DNA of 64,000 nucleotides from an uncultured bacterium (GTDB lineage Bacteria; Patescibacteriota; Minisyncoccia; UBA6257; GWB1-50-10): NCBI GenBank assembly GCA_963713955.1, contig OY970216.1, positions 732,562 to 796,561 of the forward strand, read 5' to 3'. Shown piece by piece: positions 10,733 to 20,122 of this stretch (position 1 is its first letter; each line of letters starts with the position of its first letter). The notes under the pieces were generated by a model. It saw only the letters and a program-made list of their open reading frames with translations, ran no database searches and was not told where the DNA came from. The position numbers and the translations under genes were made by a program.

Positions 10733-10815
10733 CAGTAACCATTATAGCACGCTGAGACGAACGAGAACAGGAACCGCTTGGTTCCTGTTCTTTAAAAGAG
10801 TCTCAAGAGTAACTC

Positions 10816-11415
10816 TTAGTTGAAAAGCGTTAGGTTGCTTCCCACCTCGTACCACGCAGGGTTGTTTCCATTGTCGGTCGAAACGACGTCGGCCGTGCCG
10901 CTCGCCGCGTATTTCACGCTTTCCATCGCAGCGTCAAGTTCATAAACGCCGACTGTCGTGCTCGCAGCGAAACCGTATTGGCAAATAACTGTAGCTGCGC
11001 CTATTCCTCTGCACGTGCCACCGTTATTCGGATCAACCGGCAGCTTTGATAAAGGCGAACCGCTTGAAATCTTGGTGAAGTTTATCGGTATCCATCCAGG
11101 TACAGCGGCTGAAGAAGACGCCACACAAGTGCTCAGCGAACTCGTAGGAGCAGTCGTGGTTGATGTAACCCAACAGAAGGTAGTCGCTGTTGGCCATCCA
11201 TCCGACGTCGGAGTTCTATCATCCGCTATGAAAAGAGCGATTGCGCTGTTCAAAGCTGCCATGTCGGAGATTCTCGTTGAGTCCCTTCCTTGCTTGATGA
11301 GTTCAGCAGGATTCAAGACCAAGACAACGGCAGTCGCAAGGACTGCGAGAATGGCGATCACGACCAAGAGTTCAATAAGCGTGAAACCCCTCGATTCTTT
11401 CTGTGCGTTGTTCAT
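10816..11415 (-). CDS. type IV prepilin-like protein
   Basis: N-terminus MNNAQKESRG|FTLIELLVVIAILAVLATAVVLVLNP. GCTATAAT lies 5 nt upstream of the ATG. Confidence 0.8.
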   Translation of the reverse strand: MNNAQKESRGFTLIELLVVIAILAVLATAVVLVLNPAELIKQGRDSTRISDMAALNSAIALFIADDRTPTSDGWPTATTFCWVTSTTTAPTSSLSTCVASSSAAVPGWIPINFTKISSGSPLSKLPVDPNNGGTCRGIGAATVICQYGFAASTTVGVYELDAAMESVKYAASGTADVVSTDNGNNPAWYEVGSNLTLFN

Positions 11416-11496
11416 TTAGTTATTATAGCACACCGACCTTTCATTTATGTGGATAACTTTCTCCACACATTCTTTCCCATTATAGCAAATCCTCCA

Positions 11497-11892
11497 TCAA
11501 TTGACACCTCCTTCCGTAAAGAAGTCCCTTATTTTGGAAACAAGCTCTTCTATCGAGAGCTGGGCTTTTATGAAGTACCCCACGGCTCCCAGCATTTGCC
11601 CTTTCTCCACGTCCGATTCCTGACCCAGGTTCGATACAATAACGACTGGAACGTCCTGCATGTTGGGATCGGTCCGCATCGACTCCATAACCTCGAAGCC
11701 GGACATTTTGGGGAGAATGATGTCCAAAAGAACCAGATCGTACTTGTCCCGTTTCAGATCCGTGAGCGCCTCATCCCCGTCCTTCGCCTGGATGACCTGG
11801 AATCCGTCCTTTTCCAACCTGCCCTTCAAGAGATTGGAAAGCATGGGCTCATCCTCCACGAGCAGTATTTTCTTGGTAATTACGTCAGCCAT
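11497..11892 (-). CDS. single-domain response regulator (CheY-like receiver)
   Basis: LLVEDE...DLVLLDIILP...VIVSN receiver motifs; 131 aa. Confidence 0.8.
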   Translation of the reverse strand: MADVITKKILLVEDEPMLSNLLKGRLEKDGFQVIQAKDGDEALTDLKRDKYDLVLLDIILPKMSGFEVMESMRTDPNMQDVPVVIVSNLGQESDVEKGQMLGAVGYFIKAQLSIEELVSKIRDFFTEGGVN

Positions 11893-12087
11893 TACGAAGT
11901 ATTATAGCAGTAACTAATAACAAGTAACAAGTAGCCAGAATAAATGACTAATTGACCTAATTACCCTAATTTCTAATCAATGACTAATGACGAATAATCT
12001 CTTAATGAAAACTAAGATAAAAATTGCTCGAATAAGCTTTTTTATAAATAACTATAAATAACCGAGCGATGAGGAAGGAATGAGCAC

Positions 12088-12170
12088 AATATCGCATGTT
12101 TGAATCCCTCATCCGTCTCCGCCAGCTGGCGGAGAGACGGATGAGGTTGAGTTCGATATTGTGCAATTCA
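12088..12170. other. long palindromic hairpin in the 16S 3' trailer
   Basis: gcacaatatcg...cctcatccgtctccgcc-agct-ggcggagagacggatgagg...cgatattgtgc, nested inverted repeats. Confidence 0.4.
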
Positions 12171-12464
12171 ATTCCGACGAAGAGCGAGAGATTATTTATC
12201 TATTTATAAAACCAGCGCATGAGAGAAATTTTTATTTTAGTTGAAAACTTTTTTAGTTGCCCCAGTAGCCGAGACTTAAGGCTTATCGGCTAACGCCTTT
12301 CTGATACCACACTTCAATGAAGAAATGTGTCGATAAAGTTTAATTGATCCACGCACAGCTTCCGCTACGCGTGCCTTGTTACGACTTCACCCGTGTCACC
12401 GAGTTAGCTCTGATACGCGCGAAACGCACTTTAAGCTCTCCCGGCTCCCTTGGTGTGACGGGCG

Positions 12465-13330
12465 ATTATCCTCCATAAACTTGGAGTTGATGTTCCCACC
12501 GTACGGACGGATTTCCCGTATACGGCGAGCTCAGTGCATTTTTTCCTTCAGTTTGCTCATTTTCAGCAAACCCTCTTCAGTTAAATGATCTCCTTTACTT
12601 ATCATTTCCATCAAGTCGCAGAATATCTTGAAATCGTTCTGCTTGGATGGAAATCTCGGCGGATGTTTCAAGAAAAACGGGATTATTGTTTTTCTCAAAT
12701 CATCTCTGCCGGCTACCTCGTAGCGATAGCAGTTTTGATGATTGGGGCGTTTATCTTTCTGGAAGTAAACGTTCCCGCAGCCGAAGTATTCCTTCAAATT
12801 ATCGAGAATGGTTTTATCCTTCTCTACCAACTTGACGTAGAACCTCGGTTCGGCCTTGGCTCTTCGCTTCACATCGCTGCCCGACTGAGGACCTGCGATA
12901 TGAACCGTGAAACTGCCTTCGCCGTCTATCAAACCGACTATGTATTCAGGGAACATCATTTAATGCATTGAGTGGAGACCTTCATCTTTTAAGACTACTA
13001 TGCTCCAGCTGACTTCTGACGCCGCGTCAGCTTAATTATATCATACTTTTATATGATAACGGCATCAGATCTCCTTGGGTCAGTAATTGAACTTTTTCTT
13101 ACATTCCGAACAAGGTTGTTGTTTACCGATCTTCGCCATGCTCACCGCCTTTTCCATGGCTCGATCAACCTTTCCGCCTCCCGGCGGATCCATTCGGACT
13201 ATAATTTGCCTCCGGATCCTCCATCCACGATCCTCGCGGATCGGGACTATCCTTCGGCTACGCTCCCGTAGATGTACGGGAGGAGAGGATTTTCACTTCT
13301 TAGTTAAATTACCTGCCAAGCGCTTTTATT
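12465..13330 (-). other. intron (~866 bp) in 16S at E. coli position ~1397, carrying a homing endonuclease ORF
   Basis: The conserved ...TGTACTCAC | CGCCCGTCACACCA... is split. Exon sequence resumes at 13331 (gtgagtaca...gaacgtattcaccg). Confidence 0.75.
12531..12959 (-). CDS. LAGLIDADG homing endonuclease (single-motif)
   Basis: 142 aa with the LIDGEGSF motif near the N-terminus, lying entirely inside the 16S intron. Confidence 0.8.
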   Translation of the reverse strand: MMFPEYIVGLIDGEGSFTVHIAGPQSGSDVKRRAKAEPRFYVKLVEKDKTILDNLKEYFGCGNVYFQKDKRPNHQNCYRYEVAGRDDLRKTIIPFFLKHPPRFPSKQNDFKIFCDLMEMISKGDHLTEEGLLKMSKLKEKMH

Positions 13331-13347
13331 GTGAGTACAGGACTCGA

Positions 13348-13394
<47 letters not shown>

Positions 13395-14877
13395 GCTTCA
13401 TGCGGGCGAATTGCAGCCCGCAATCTGAACTGAGGTCGCGTTTCAGGGATTAGCTCCGCCTTGCGGCTTGGCAACCCGCTGTTCGCAACCATTGTAACAT
13501 GTGTGTGGCCCAGGGCATCAGAGGGCCATGCTGATTTGACGTCGTCCTTACCTTCCTCCGTGTATACCACGGCAGTCCCTCGTGACACTTATAACACGAG
13601 GCGAGGGTTGCGCATGTTACCCCATTGAAGGGAGCGCCTCACGGCACATGCTGACGGCAACCATGCAGCACCTGTGCTTCCGTCCTTCTTGCGAAGAACG
13701 ACAATCCTTTCGGACTGTCTTCGAAAGCATTTCAAGCCCTGGTGAGGTTTCTCGTTTACCGTCGAATTAAACCACATGTTCCACCGCTTGTGCGAGTCCC
13801 CGTCTATTCCTTTGAGTTTTAAGCTTGCGCTCGTACTTCCCAGGCGGTCTGCTTAACGCGTTGGCTACGCCACTCCGAGGGTCGATACTCGAAACAGCCA
13901 GCAGACATCGTTTAGGGCGTGGACTACAAGGGTATCTAATCCTTTTTGCTCCCCACGCTTTCGCGCCTCAGGGTCAGGAATGTCCCAGTGAATTGCTTTC
14001 GCCTTCGGCGTTCCGCACGATATCAACGGATTTCACCCCTACACCGTGCGTTCCATTCACCTCTAACATCCTCCAGTTTGGTAGTTTTTCCGGCATAACC
14101 GGGGTTAAGCCCCGGGCTTTTACCGAAAACACGCCGAACCCCCTACGCGCCCTTTACGCCCAATAAATCCGGATAACGCTTGGAGCCTTCGTATTACCGC
14201 GGCTGCTGGCACGAAGTTTGCAGCTCCTTATTCATGTCTTGATCAATAACTTTCTAAGACATAAAAGCAGTTTACGATCCGAAGACCTTCATCCTGCACG
14301 CGGCGTCGCTCGATCAGGCTTTCGCCCATTGTCGAATATTCTCGACTGCTGCCACCCGTAGGTGTACGAGCCGTGTCTCAGTCTCGTCGTTGGGGAACAG
14401 CCTCTCAGCTCCCCTACCCGTCGTCGCTTTGGTGAGCCATTACCTCGCCAACTGGCTGATGGGACCTAAGCCGATCCCGAAGCGTCTTGCGACTTTACCC
14501 CTCGATTGCTCTCGGGGCACATGGAGAATTATCCAACCTTTCGGCTGGCTATGCTCCACTTCGGGGTACGTACTAGGGTGTTACTAACTCGTTCGCCACT
14601 GACCAACTCTTGATGTAATCTCGAATCGATCCGTTCGACTTGCATGCCTTATCCACGCCGCCAGCGTTCATCCTGGACCAGGATCAAATCCTCAAAAAGA
14701 AGTTATGTACGAAAAACCCATCGATAGAGTTTCTCGTACACAGCTTCCATGGCTCGGTTCGAAAACCGAACCAGAAAGGGACAACTAAAAAATTTTTCAA
14801 CTAAATACTATGGCTTTGTGAAAAAGCTTTCACGACAAGAAAAAAGTCCAAACAGCGTGATGATTAGTATAGACAAT

Positions 14878-14975
14878 TGCCGGGACTTGTCAACCCCGTT
14901 AGAGACAGTCCCGCCTAAAGGCCCTTCGGGCGCGCAAGCGCGGGCGTGGTCTCTAACGGGGTCAAGCGGCTTGCC
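14878..14975 (+). promoter_or_regulatory. GC-rich nested stem-loop element between the 16S 5' leader and rpmE
   Basis: caaccccgttagagac...gtctctaacggggt 14-bp inverted repeat enclosing gccc-ttcg-gggc (UUCG) and gcgcgcaagcgcgggc hairpins. Confidence 0.3.
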
Positions 14976-15080
14976 AATGTCGAATTTTTATGTAAAGCTA
15001 TCCATACTTAACAACCATGAAAAAGGACCCCGAAGTATAAACGCTTCGCGTTTAACTACGGGGCAGGCATCTACCCGACC

Positions 15081-15335
15081 ATGAAGAAAGATATACATCC
15101 AAAGTACTACGAGAAGGCAAAAGTGACCTGCGCCTGCGGCAGTGTTTTTACCGTCGGTTCGACGGTTCCCGAAATGCACGTGGAAATTTGCTCGAAATGC
15201 CACCCATTCTACACCGGCCGCGAACAGCTCATCGACACGGCGGGGAGAATAGAAAAATTCAAACTGAGGAGGGAAAAAGCCAGTGCGAAGCCCAAAGTCA
15301 AAAAAGTCAGGGCCAAGAAGAAAAATAAAGAGTAA
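15081..15335 (+). CDS. rpmE: 50S ribosomal protein L31 (with Lys-rich C-terminal tail)
   Basis: [10 protein letters not shown]...CACGSVFTV...[10 protein letters not shown] matches L31. Confidence 0.9.
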   Translation: MKKDIHPKYYEKAKVTCACGSVFTVGSTVPEMHVEICSKCHPFYTGREQLIDTAGRIEKFKLRREKASAKPKVKKVRAKKKNKE

Positions 15336-15339
15336 AGTC

Positions 15340-15978
15340 ATGGAGCTGAAAGTCCAAGAAAGAGAAATACTCGGTAAAAAAGTAAAAACGCTGAGGAGCG
15401 GCGGATTCATACCTGCCGAGCTTTACGGGCGCGGATTAAAAAACCAACACCTCGCCGTTCCCCAGAAAGATTTTCTGAAAATCTTCCGGGAGGCCGGCGA
15501 AAATACGGTGATAACCCTCGTAATCGGGGGCAAGGAGAAGCTCCCCGTCTTGGTTTCCGACGTATCTTTCGATTCACTAAGAGAGAAAATAACATCCGTT
15601 GATTTCCACCAAATAAGAATGGATGAAAAAATAGAAGCCGAGATACCCGTGGAACTCGTGGGCGACGCTCCGGCGACGAAGAAAGGACTCATCGTGGTGA
15701 AAGTCATGAACGAAATAAAAGTATCGGCGACGCCCGCCACTTTGCCGCACAAATTCGAAATCAACGTGACCAACCTGACGGACGAGGGAAACGCAGTGCA
15801 TGTGAAAGACCTGGAAGTCGGGAAGGACGTCAGAATACTCACTCCCGAAGATTCCGTGATCGTCATAGTCAACAAGATGAAAGAGGAAAAAGAAGAAACT
15901 CCTCCGCCTGCCGCAGTCGAGACAACTGGAGAAGCAGTCGCCGAAGCCAACCCGGAAGAAAACAAACCGGAAAACTGA
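15340..15978 (+). CDS. rplY: 50S ribosomal protein L25 / general stress protein Ctc
   Basis: MELKVQEREILGKK...LRSGGFIPAELYG is a typical L25 start. The listed upstream extension overlaps rpmE. Confidence 0.8.
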   Translation: MELKVQEREILGKKVKTLRSGGFIPAELYGRGLKNQHLAVPQKDFLKIFREAGENTVITLVIGGKEKLPVLVSDVSFDSLREKITSVDFHQIRMDEKIEAEIPVELVGDAPATKKGLIVVKVMNEIKVSATPATLPHKFEINVTNLTDEGNAVHVKDLEVGKDVRILTPEDSVIVIVNKMKEEKEETPPPAAVETTGEAVAEANPEENKPEN

Positions 15979-16014
15979 CAAAAATCCCCGAATCTGTGTT
16001 ATCATGAAGGGAAG

Positions 16015-17421
16015 ATGAAGAAAGCAGGAAAATCTTCCCTTTTTCTTTTTGCCGCGGCGTTTTTTGCGCTCGTTCTCTTGAGCGCACACGCCCAAACGCA
16101 AAATACTACGTCTTCCTCGGCTTCTTCGACCACGACCTCGACGCAGGTCTCTTCAACCTCGACCGACACGCAAGCCGAGCGGCAAGCTCTTGAAGCGCAA
16201 CTCTCGGATCTCGAGAACCAAATAGAAGATCAGCAGCAAAAGATAGATCAATACCAAAAACAGGGCAAAACCCTCTCAAGCGAAATAAGTCTCCTCAATA
16301 CAAAAGTTTCCCAGATAAACCTACAGATCAAGGCGGTGAATTTAAAGCTCACGCAGCTTTCGGGCGACATCAGCGACACTCAAGATCAGATAAGTCTGAC
16401 GGAAGATCAAATCAACACGAACAAGAGCGCTCTCGCCGCTTCCCTGCAAGCCATATACGAGAGCGACAGCCAGAACCTCTTGGAAATTCTTCTGGCCAAC
16501 GGAAACCTGTCCGATTTTTTCTCCAACGTGGACAACATCGTGCTCGTCCAAAGCGACATGAGGAACACCTTGGACCAGATACAAAAATTGAGGGATCAGC
16601 TGGTCGCCCAACAGCAAACCTTGAACCAAGAAATGACTGACACCCAGAATTTCAAGGATATCCAGACGGCTCAGAGATCGAGCCTCCAACAAACGCAAGG
16701 ACAAAAAAACACTCTCCTCAAGCAAACCAAGGGACAGGAGGCTGCTTACCAGAAATTGCTCGCCCAAACCCAAGCAAGCGCGGCCCAGATAAGGAACAGG
16801 ATATTCCAGCTTCTGGGCGGCGGGCAATTGACGTTCCAGCAGGCTTATAACTATGCGAAGCTGGCTTCGCAGGCAACGGGGGTGAGGGCTGCTCTCATTT
16901 TGGCGATCTTGGATAGGGAATCGGCTCTGGGTCAAAACGTCGGAAAATGTTCCTACACCACGGCCATGAACCCGACGAGAGACGTATCTATATTCCTGAA
17001 ACTCCTGCAAGCTTTGAATATAGATCCGAACTCACAAGCGGCTTACGTCTCCTGCCCCAACCAGCACGGCACCTACGGCGGGGCCATGGGACCGGCCCAG
17101 TTTATACCGTCGACATGGCAACTTTATTCCGCAAACATCTCCCAGGTAACGGGGGATAACCCGGCCAATCCCTGGAACAACGCCGATGCCTTCGTCGCGA
17201 CGGCGCTATACATTAAAGACCTTGAAAGTTCGCAATCCTGCGTTTCTTACAGCCAGCAGATACCGTCGATGTCGCAAGATTTGCTCGAGCGGTGCGCCGC
17301 CGCGAAATATTACGCCGGTGCGAGCTGGTATACCTATCGTTTCTGGTACGGTCAGCCGGTCGTCGATCGCGCCGACCAGTTCCAACAGGACATCGACACG
17401 ATAACCGGCCAGGCCAGCTGA
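16015..17421 (+). CDS. secreted coiled-coil protein with C-terminal lytic-transglycosylase (SLT-like) domain
   Basis: Signal peptide, S/T-rich linker, Q-rich coiled coil, C-terminal ES...GAMGPAQFIPSTW (SLT family GLMQ-type motif). Confidence 0.6.
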   Translation: MKKAGKSSLFLFAAAFFALVLLSAHAQTQNTTSSSASSTTTSTQVSSTSTDTQAERQALEAQLSDLENQIEDQQQKIDQYQKQGKTLSSEISLLNTKVSQINLQIKAVNLKLTQLSGDISDTQDQISLTEDQINTNKSALAASLQAIYESDSQNLLEILLANGNLSDFFSNVDNIVLVQSDMRNTLDQIQKLRDQLVAQQQTLNQEMTDTQNFKDIQTAQRSSLQQTQGQKNTLLKQTKGQEAAYQKLLAQTQASAAQIRNRIFQLLGGGQLTFQQAYNYAKLASQATGVRAALILAILDRESALGQNVGKCSYTTAMNPTRDVSIFLKLLQALNIDPNSQAAYVSCPNQHGTYGGAMGPAQFIPSTWQLYSANISQVTGDNPANPWNNADAFVATALYIKDLESSQSCVSYSQQIPSMSQDLLERCAAAKYYAGASWYTYRFWYGQPVVDRADQFQQDIDTITGQAS

Positions 17422-17430
17422 GGGCTGTGT

Positions 17431-17510
17431 GCTCGTCAGGTACTCCTTCCTCAGGCAGTCTCCGGGGCGACGCCCAAGTCTTAGCCTTCGGAAGGAGCAC
17501 CTGCCTCGCT
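17431..17510 (-). repeat. structured ~85-nt repeat element, copy B
   Basis: The reverse complement matches the copy A/C core cttgggcgtcgccccggagactgcctgaggaagg, with its own complementary flanking stem caggtgctccttcc / ggaaggagtacctg. Confidence 0.65.
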
Positions 17511-17660
17511 TCCTCTGTGCCATGGCTTCAGACTCCGCACGGTTCGTTCGAAACAAAATTACCCTCAGCCCTAAAAAATAGGCGAAGCTGGGTGGCGAGG
17601 AGCGTGCGAGCGAATTGGATTTTAACGACTGGAGGTTTTAGTGAGAGGACGTTTCCCCTC

Positions 17661-18395
17661 TCATTCGTGAGTGAATACCTTCACGATGGGGTCGAAATCT
17701 CCCTCCATGATTCTCTCGATGTTGTGAAACTTTTTGCCGATACGGTGATCGGTGATCCGGTCTTCCGGAAAATTGTACGTCCGGATTTTTTCCGATCGTT
17801 CCCCCGAACCGATCTGGGATTTTCTCATCTCATCGACCGATCCGGTTGCCTTCAATTGTTCCATCTCATAGAGTTTGGCGCGCAGCACTTCCATGGCCTT
17901 CTCCCGATTCGCATGCTGGAAACGCTCTGACCTGCACGAGACCACGATGCCCGTTGGCTTGTGGAGAATCCGGACGGCTGTTTCAACCTTGTTGACGTTC
18001 TGGCCGCCGGGGCCGCCCGCCCTTGAAAAGGTGATTTCCAAGTCATTCTCCTTGATCTCCACGGCTTTGGTCTCAACGACAGGTAAAACGGCAACCGATG
18101 CCGTAGACGTATGGATGCGTCCCTGACGCTCCGTGAGCGGAACGCGCTGAACCCGGTGGACGCCCGATTCTTGCTTCAGGGCATCGTAAACGCCTTCCCC
18201 GACTATTTCGGCGATGAGCGTTTTGTATCCTCTCGCTCCCGACTCCGAAGCATCGAAGATGGAGAAACTCCACCCTTTCTTCTGGGAGTATTTTTGATAC
18301 ATCCGCGCAAGATCTCCCGCGAAAAGAGACGCTTCATCGCCCCCCGCTCCCGCCCGGATTTCAAGTATGATCTTGTTAATATCTTGTTCTGTCAT
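17661..18395 (-). CDS. prfA: peptide chain release factor 1 lacking the N-terminal domain 1
   Basis: 244 aa. PLT (PxT) anticodon motif, GGQ motif ([10 protein letters not shown]), RVQRVP. Aligns to E. coli RF1 from ~residue 110 onward. Confidence 0.8.
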   Translation of the reverse strand: MTEQDINKIILEIRAGAGGDEASLFAGDLARMYQKYSQKKGWSFSIFDASESGARGYKTLIAEIVGEGVYDALKQESGVHRVQRVPLTERQGRIHTSTASVAVLPVVETKAVEIKENDLEITFSRAGGPGGQNVNKVETAVRILHKPTGIVVSCRSERFQHANREKAMEVLRAKLYEMEQLKATGSVDEMRKSQIGSGERSEKIRTYNFPEDRITDHRIGKKFHNIERIMEGDFDPIVKVFTHE

Positions 18396-18417
18396 ATCGA
18401 ATACAACCCCTTGAGGT

Positions 18418-18518
18418 TAGAACGGGAGCGAGGCTCGCCGTAGCTTCAAGCGGAGGCGGCCCGCCCCAGCTCGTATTTCAAGAATTATCTTCCTTATTCC
18501 ATCCGCGTTGTCAGCCAT
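18418..18518 (-). pseudogene. 33-codon partial duplicate of the prfA 5' end
   Basis: Encodes [20 protein letters not shown]..., near-identical to prfA residues 5-22 ([15 protein letters not shown]); it then diverges and stops. Confidence 0.35.
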
Positions 18519-18531
18519 AATGGGAACTATT

Positions 18532-19101
18532 CTATCCTACTTTTTCATAAATAAAAACCCGGTGCCAGCCGACCATGCCAACCTTTACAATACGAAAATT
18601 CCGGTTATCGCTGGGAATGGCGAAAGAAATCACTGCGAGCTTCGTGCCATTTTTCAATTTGGAAAATACGCCGAGGGATGCCTTCTTGACCAGGGAAGGG
18701 TAAATATACGCATAAGCGAACGTTATTCCTCCCAAGTTGTCGCCGCTCTCTTCGAGAAAGTTTTTCCGATAAAATTTAACCTTGCCGCCGAAGTTGCCGA
18801 TCTTGGACGACAAAACCGATTTGAAGTACGGCCAGAAAGAAATTTCGTATCCCACGCCGGAAGTCACGCCGAAGGTTTTTACGGCATCGAACAAGACGCG
18901 ACCGTCGCCGGAGCCGAAATCGCAAATGACATCATCCGCTCTCAAGCCGCCCATTTCGAAAATTTTCCTGAGGTTCTTCCTCTCTATGGGAACGTACGGG
19001 GCGCCGTAAAACTCCGACATGACCATGGAAAAAGTCACGAACGCAAGGAATACCATCATAAGGACGATGACCGCGAGAAGAATCAAGTAAAGTGTCATAT
19101 A
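18532..19101 (-). CDS. membrane-anchored class I SAM-dependent methyltransferase
   Basis: N-terminal TM and motif I DFGSGDGRVL. Start taken at MTLYLILL to avoid overlap with fba. Confidence 0.55.
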   Translation of the reverse strand, partial: YMTLYLILLAVIVLMMVFLAFVTFSMVMSEFYGAPYVPIERKNLRKIFEMGGLRADDVICDFGSGDGRVLFDAVKTFGVTSGVGYEISFWPYFKSVLSSKIGNFGGKVKFYRKNFLEESGDNLGGITFAYAYIYPSLVKKASLGVFSKLKNGTKLAVISFAIPSDNRNFRIVKVGMVGWHRVFIYEKVG

Positions 19102-20036
19102 CTGAAAAGCTTCAACCTGTTCTCTATGACTTTGCTCATTTCTTTTATGGCTCCCGGCATTATCTTGTAGGGAGCGATTTCGTTCGGATTCTCTTTCAAT
19201 CCTTCCTCCACGCCTTTCCGCCACGCCGCCCTGATCTCGGTCGAGATATGGATAACGGTAATCCCTGCGTCGATCGCCGCCCTGAAATCCTCATCAACCG
19301 TGCCGGAACCGCCGTGGAGCACCAGAAAAATCGGCCTGCCCTGACCTTGTCGAAGGGCATCTTTGATCGCCTTGATGCGAGCGACATCGAGACGCGGATC
19401 GGGGCCGCCGCGGAACATACCGTGGACGTTCCCGACGGCCGGCGCGAGCATGTCAACGCCCGTTTCGGAAACAAATCGGGCCGCATCCTCAGGCTTCGTA
19501 AGCGCCTCAGGGGTAACCGCCGCACCTTCTGGAATCTTCTCCCAGACCTCCGAGTCCGAGCCGATGTACCCCATCTCACCCTCAATGACAAGCGCCGGGT
19601 TTATGGCTTTTAACGCCTGAACCATTCCCTTAGTTTCTTTAATATTCCTCTCAAGGACCTCCTCGCTATTCCCGCCGCTTGCCCCTCTCCCAGCGAGGCT
19701 GGGTGTGGGGTCAAAGAGCACTTCGTCAAAACCACTCATGGCCGTTTCCTTTGCGAGCGCCGGATCGTGCGTGTGATCAGCGTTCAAAAAAAGCCAGAAC
19801 CCGCCGTCATTCGACTTGTCGCCGTACTCCTCGTTGTAACTCGAGACTAAATCCCTCGTTTGCTTCACGCCGAGATATTTCCGTTCGCCTTCCGAAACGC
19901 CGATCAAGACCGGTAATCCCAGCCCCTGCGCTGTTTCTGCAACTGCCTTGAATTGCTCGAATCCCGCGATGTTGAAATGTCCTAAGGCTATCCCCTTTCC
20001 TTCAGCCCACTTTAAAGTGTTCAATAAATTACGCAT
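19095..20036 (-). CDS. fba: fructose-bisphosphate aldolase, class II
   Basis: 313 aa, full-length similarity to class II FBA/tagatose-bisphosphate aldolases (LHGGSG, HGxxxG regions). Confidence 0.9.
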   Translation of the reverse strand: MRNLLNTLKWAEGKGIALGHFNIAGFEQFKAVAETAQGLGLPVLIGVSEGERKYLGVKQTRDLVSSYNEEYGDKSNDGGFWLFLNADHTHDPALAKETAMSGFDEVLFDPTPSLAGRGASGGNSEEVLERNIKETKGMVQALKAINPALVIEGEMGYIGSDSEVWEKIPEGAAVTPEALTKPEDAARFVSETGVDMLAPAVGNVHGMFRGGPDPRLDVARIKAIKDALRQGQGRPIFLVLHGGSGTVDEDFRAAIDAGITVIHISTEIRAAWRKGVEEGLKENPNEIAPYKIMPGAIKEMSKVIENRLKLFSI

Positions 20037-20062
20037 ACAGTAATTATAATATGAAGTGGTTA

Positions 20063-20098
20063 TAGTACAATAAAACCCGCCGCCCCGTGGAGCGGCAA
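20063..20098. terminator. bidirectional rho-independent terminator
   Basis: Stem gccgc-cccgtgga-gcggc flanked by aaaaccc / aagttttt. Confidence 0.5.
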
Positions 20099-20122
20099 GT
20101 TTTTAGTCTCACTCCCTTTTCT

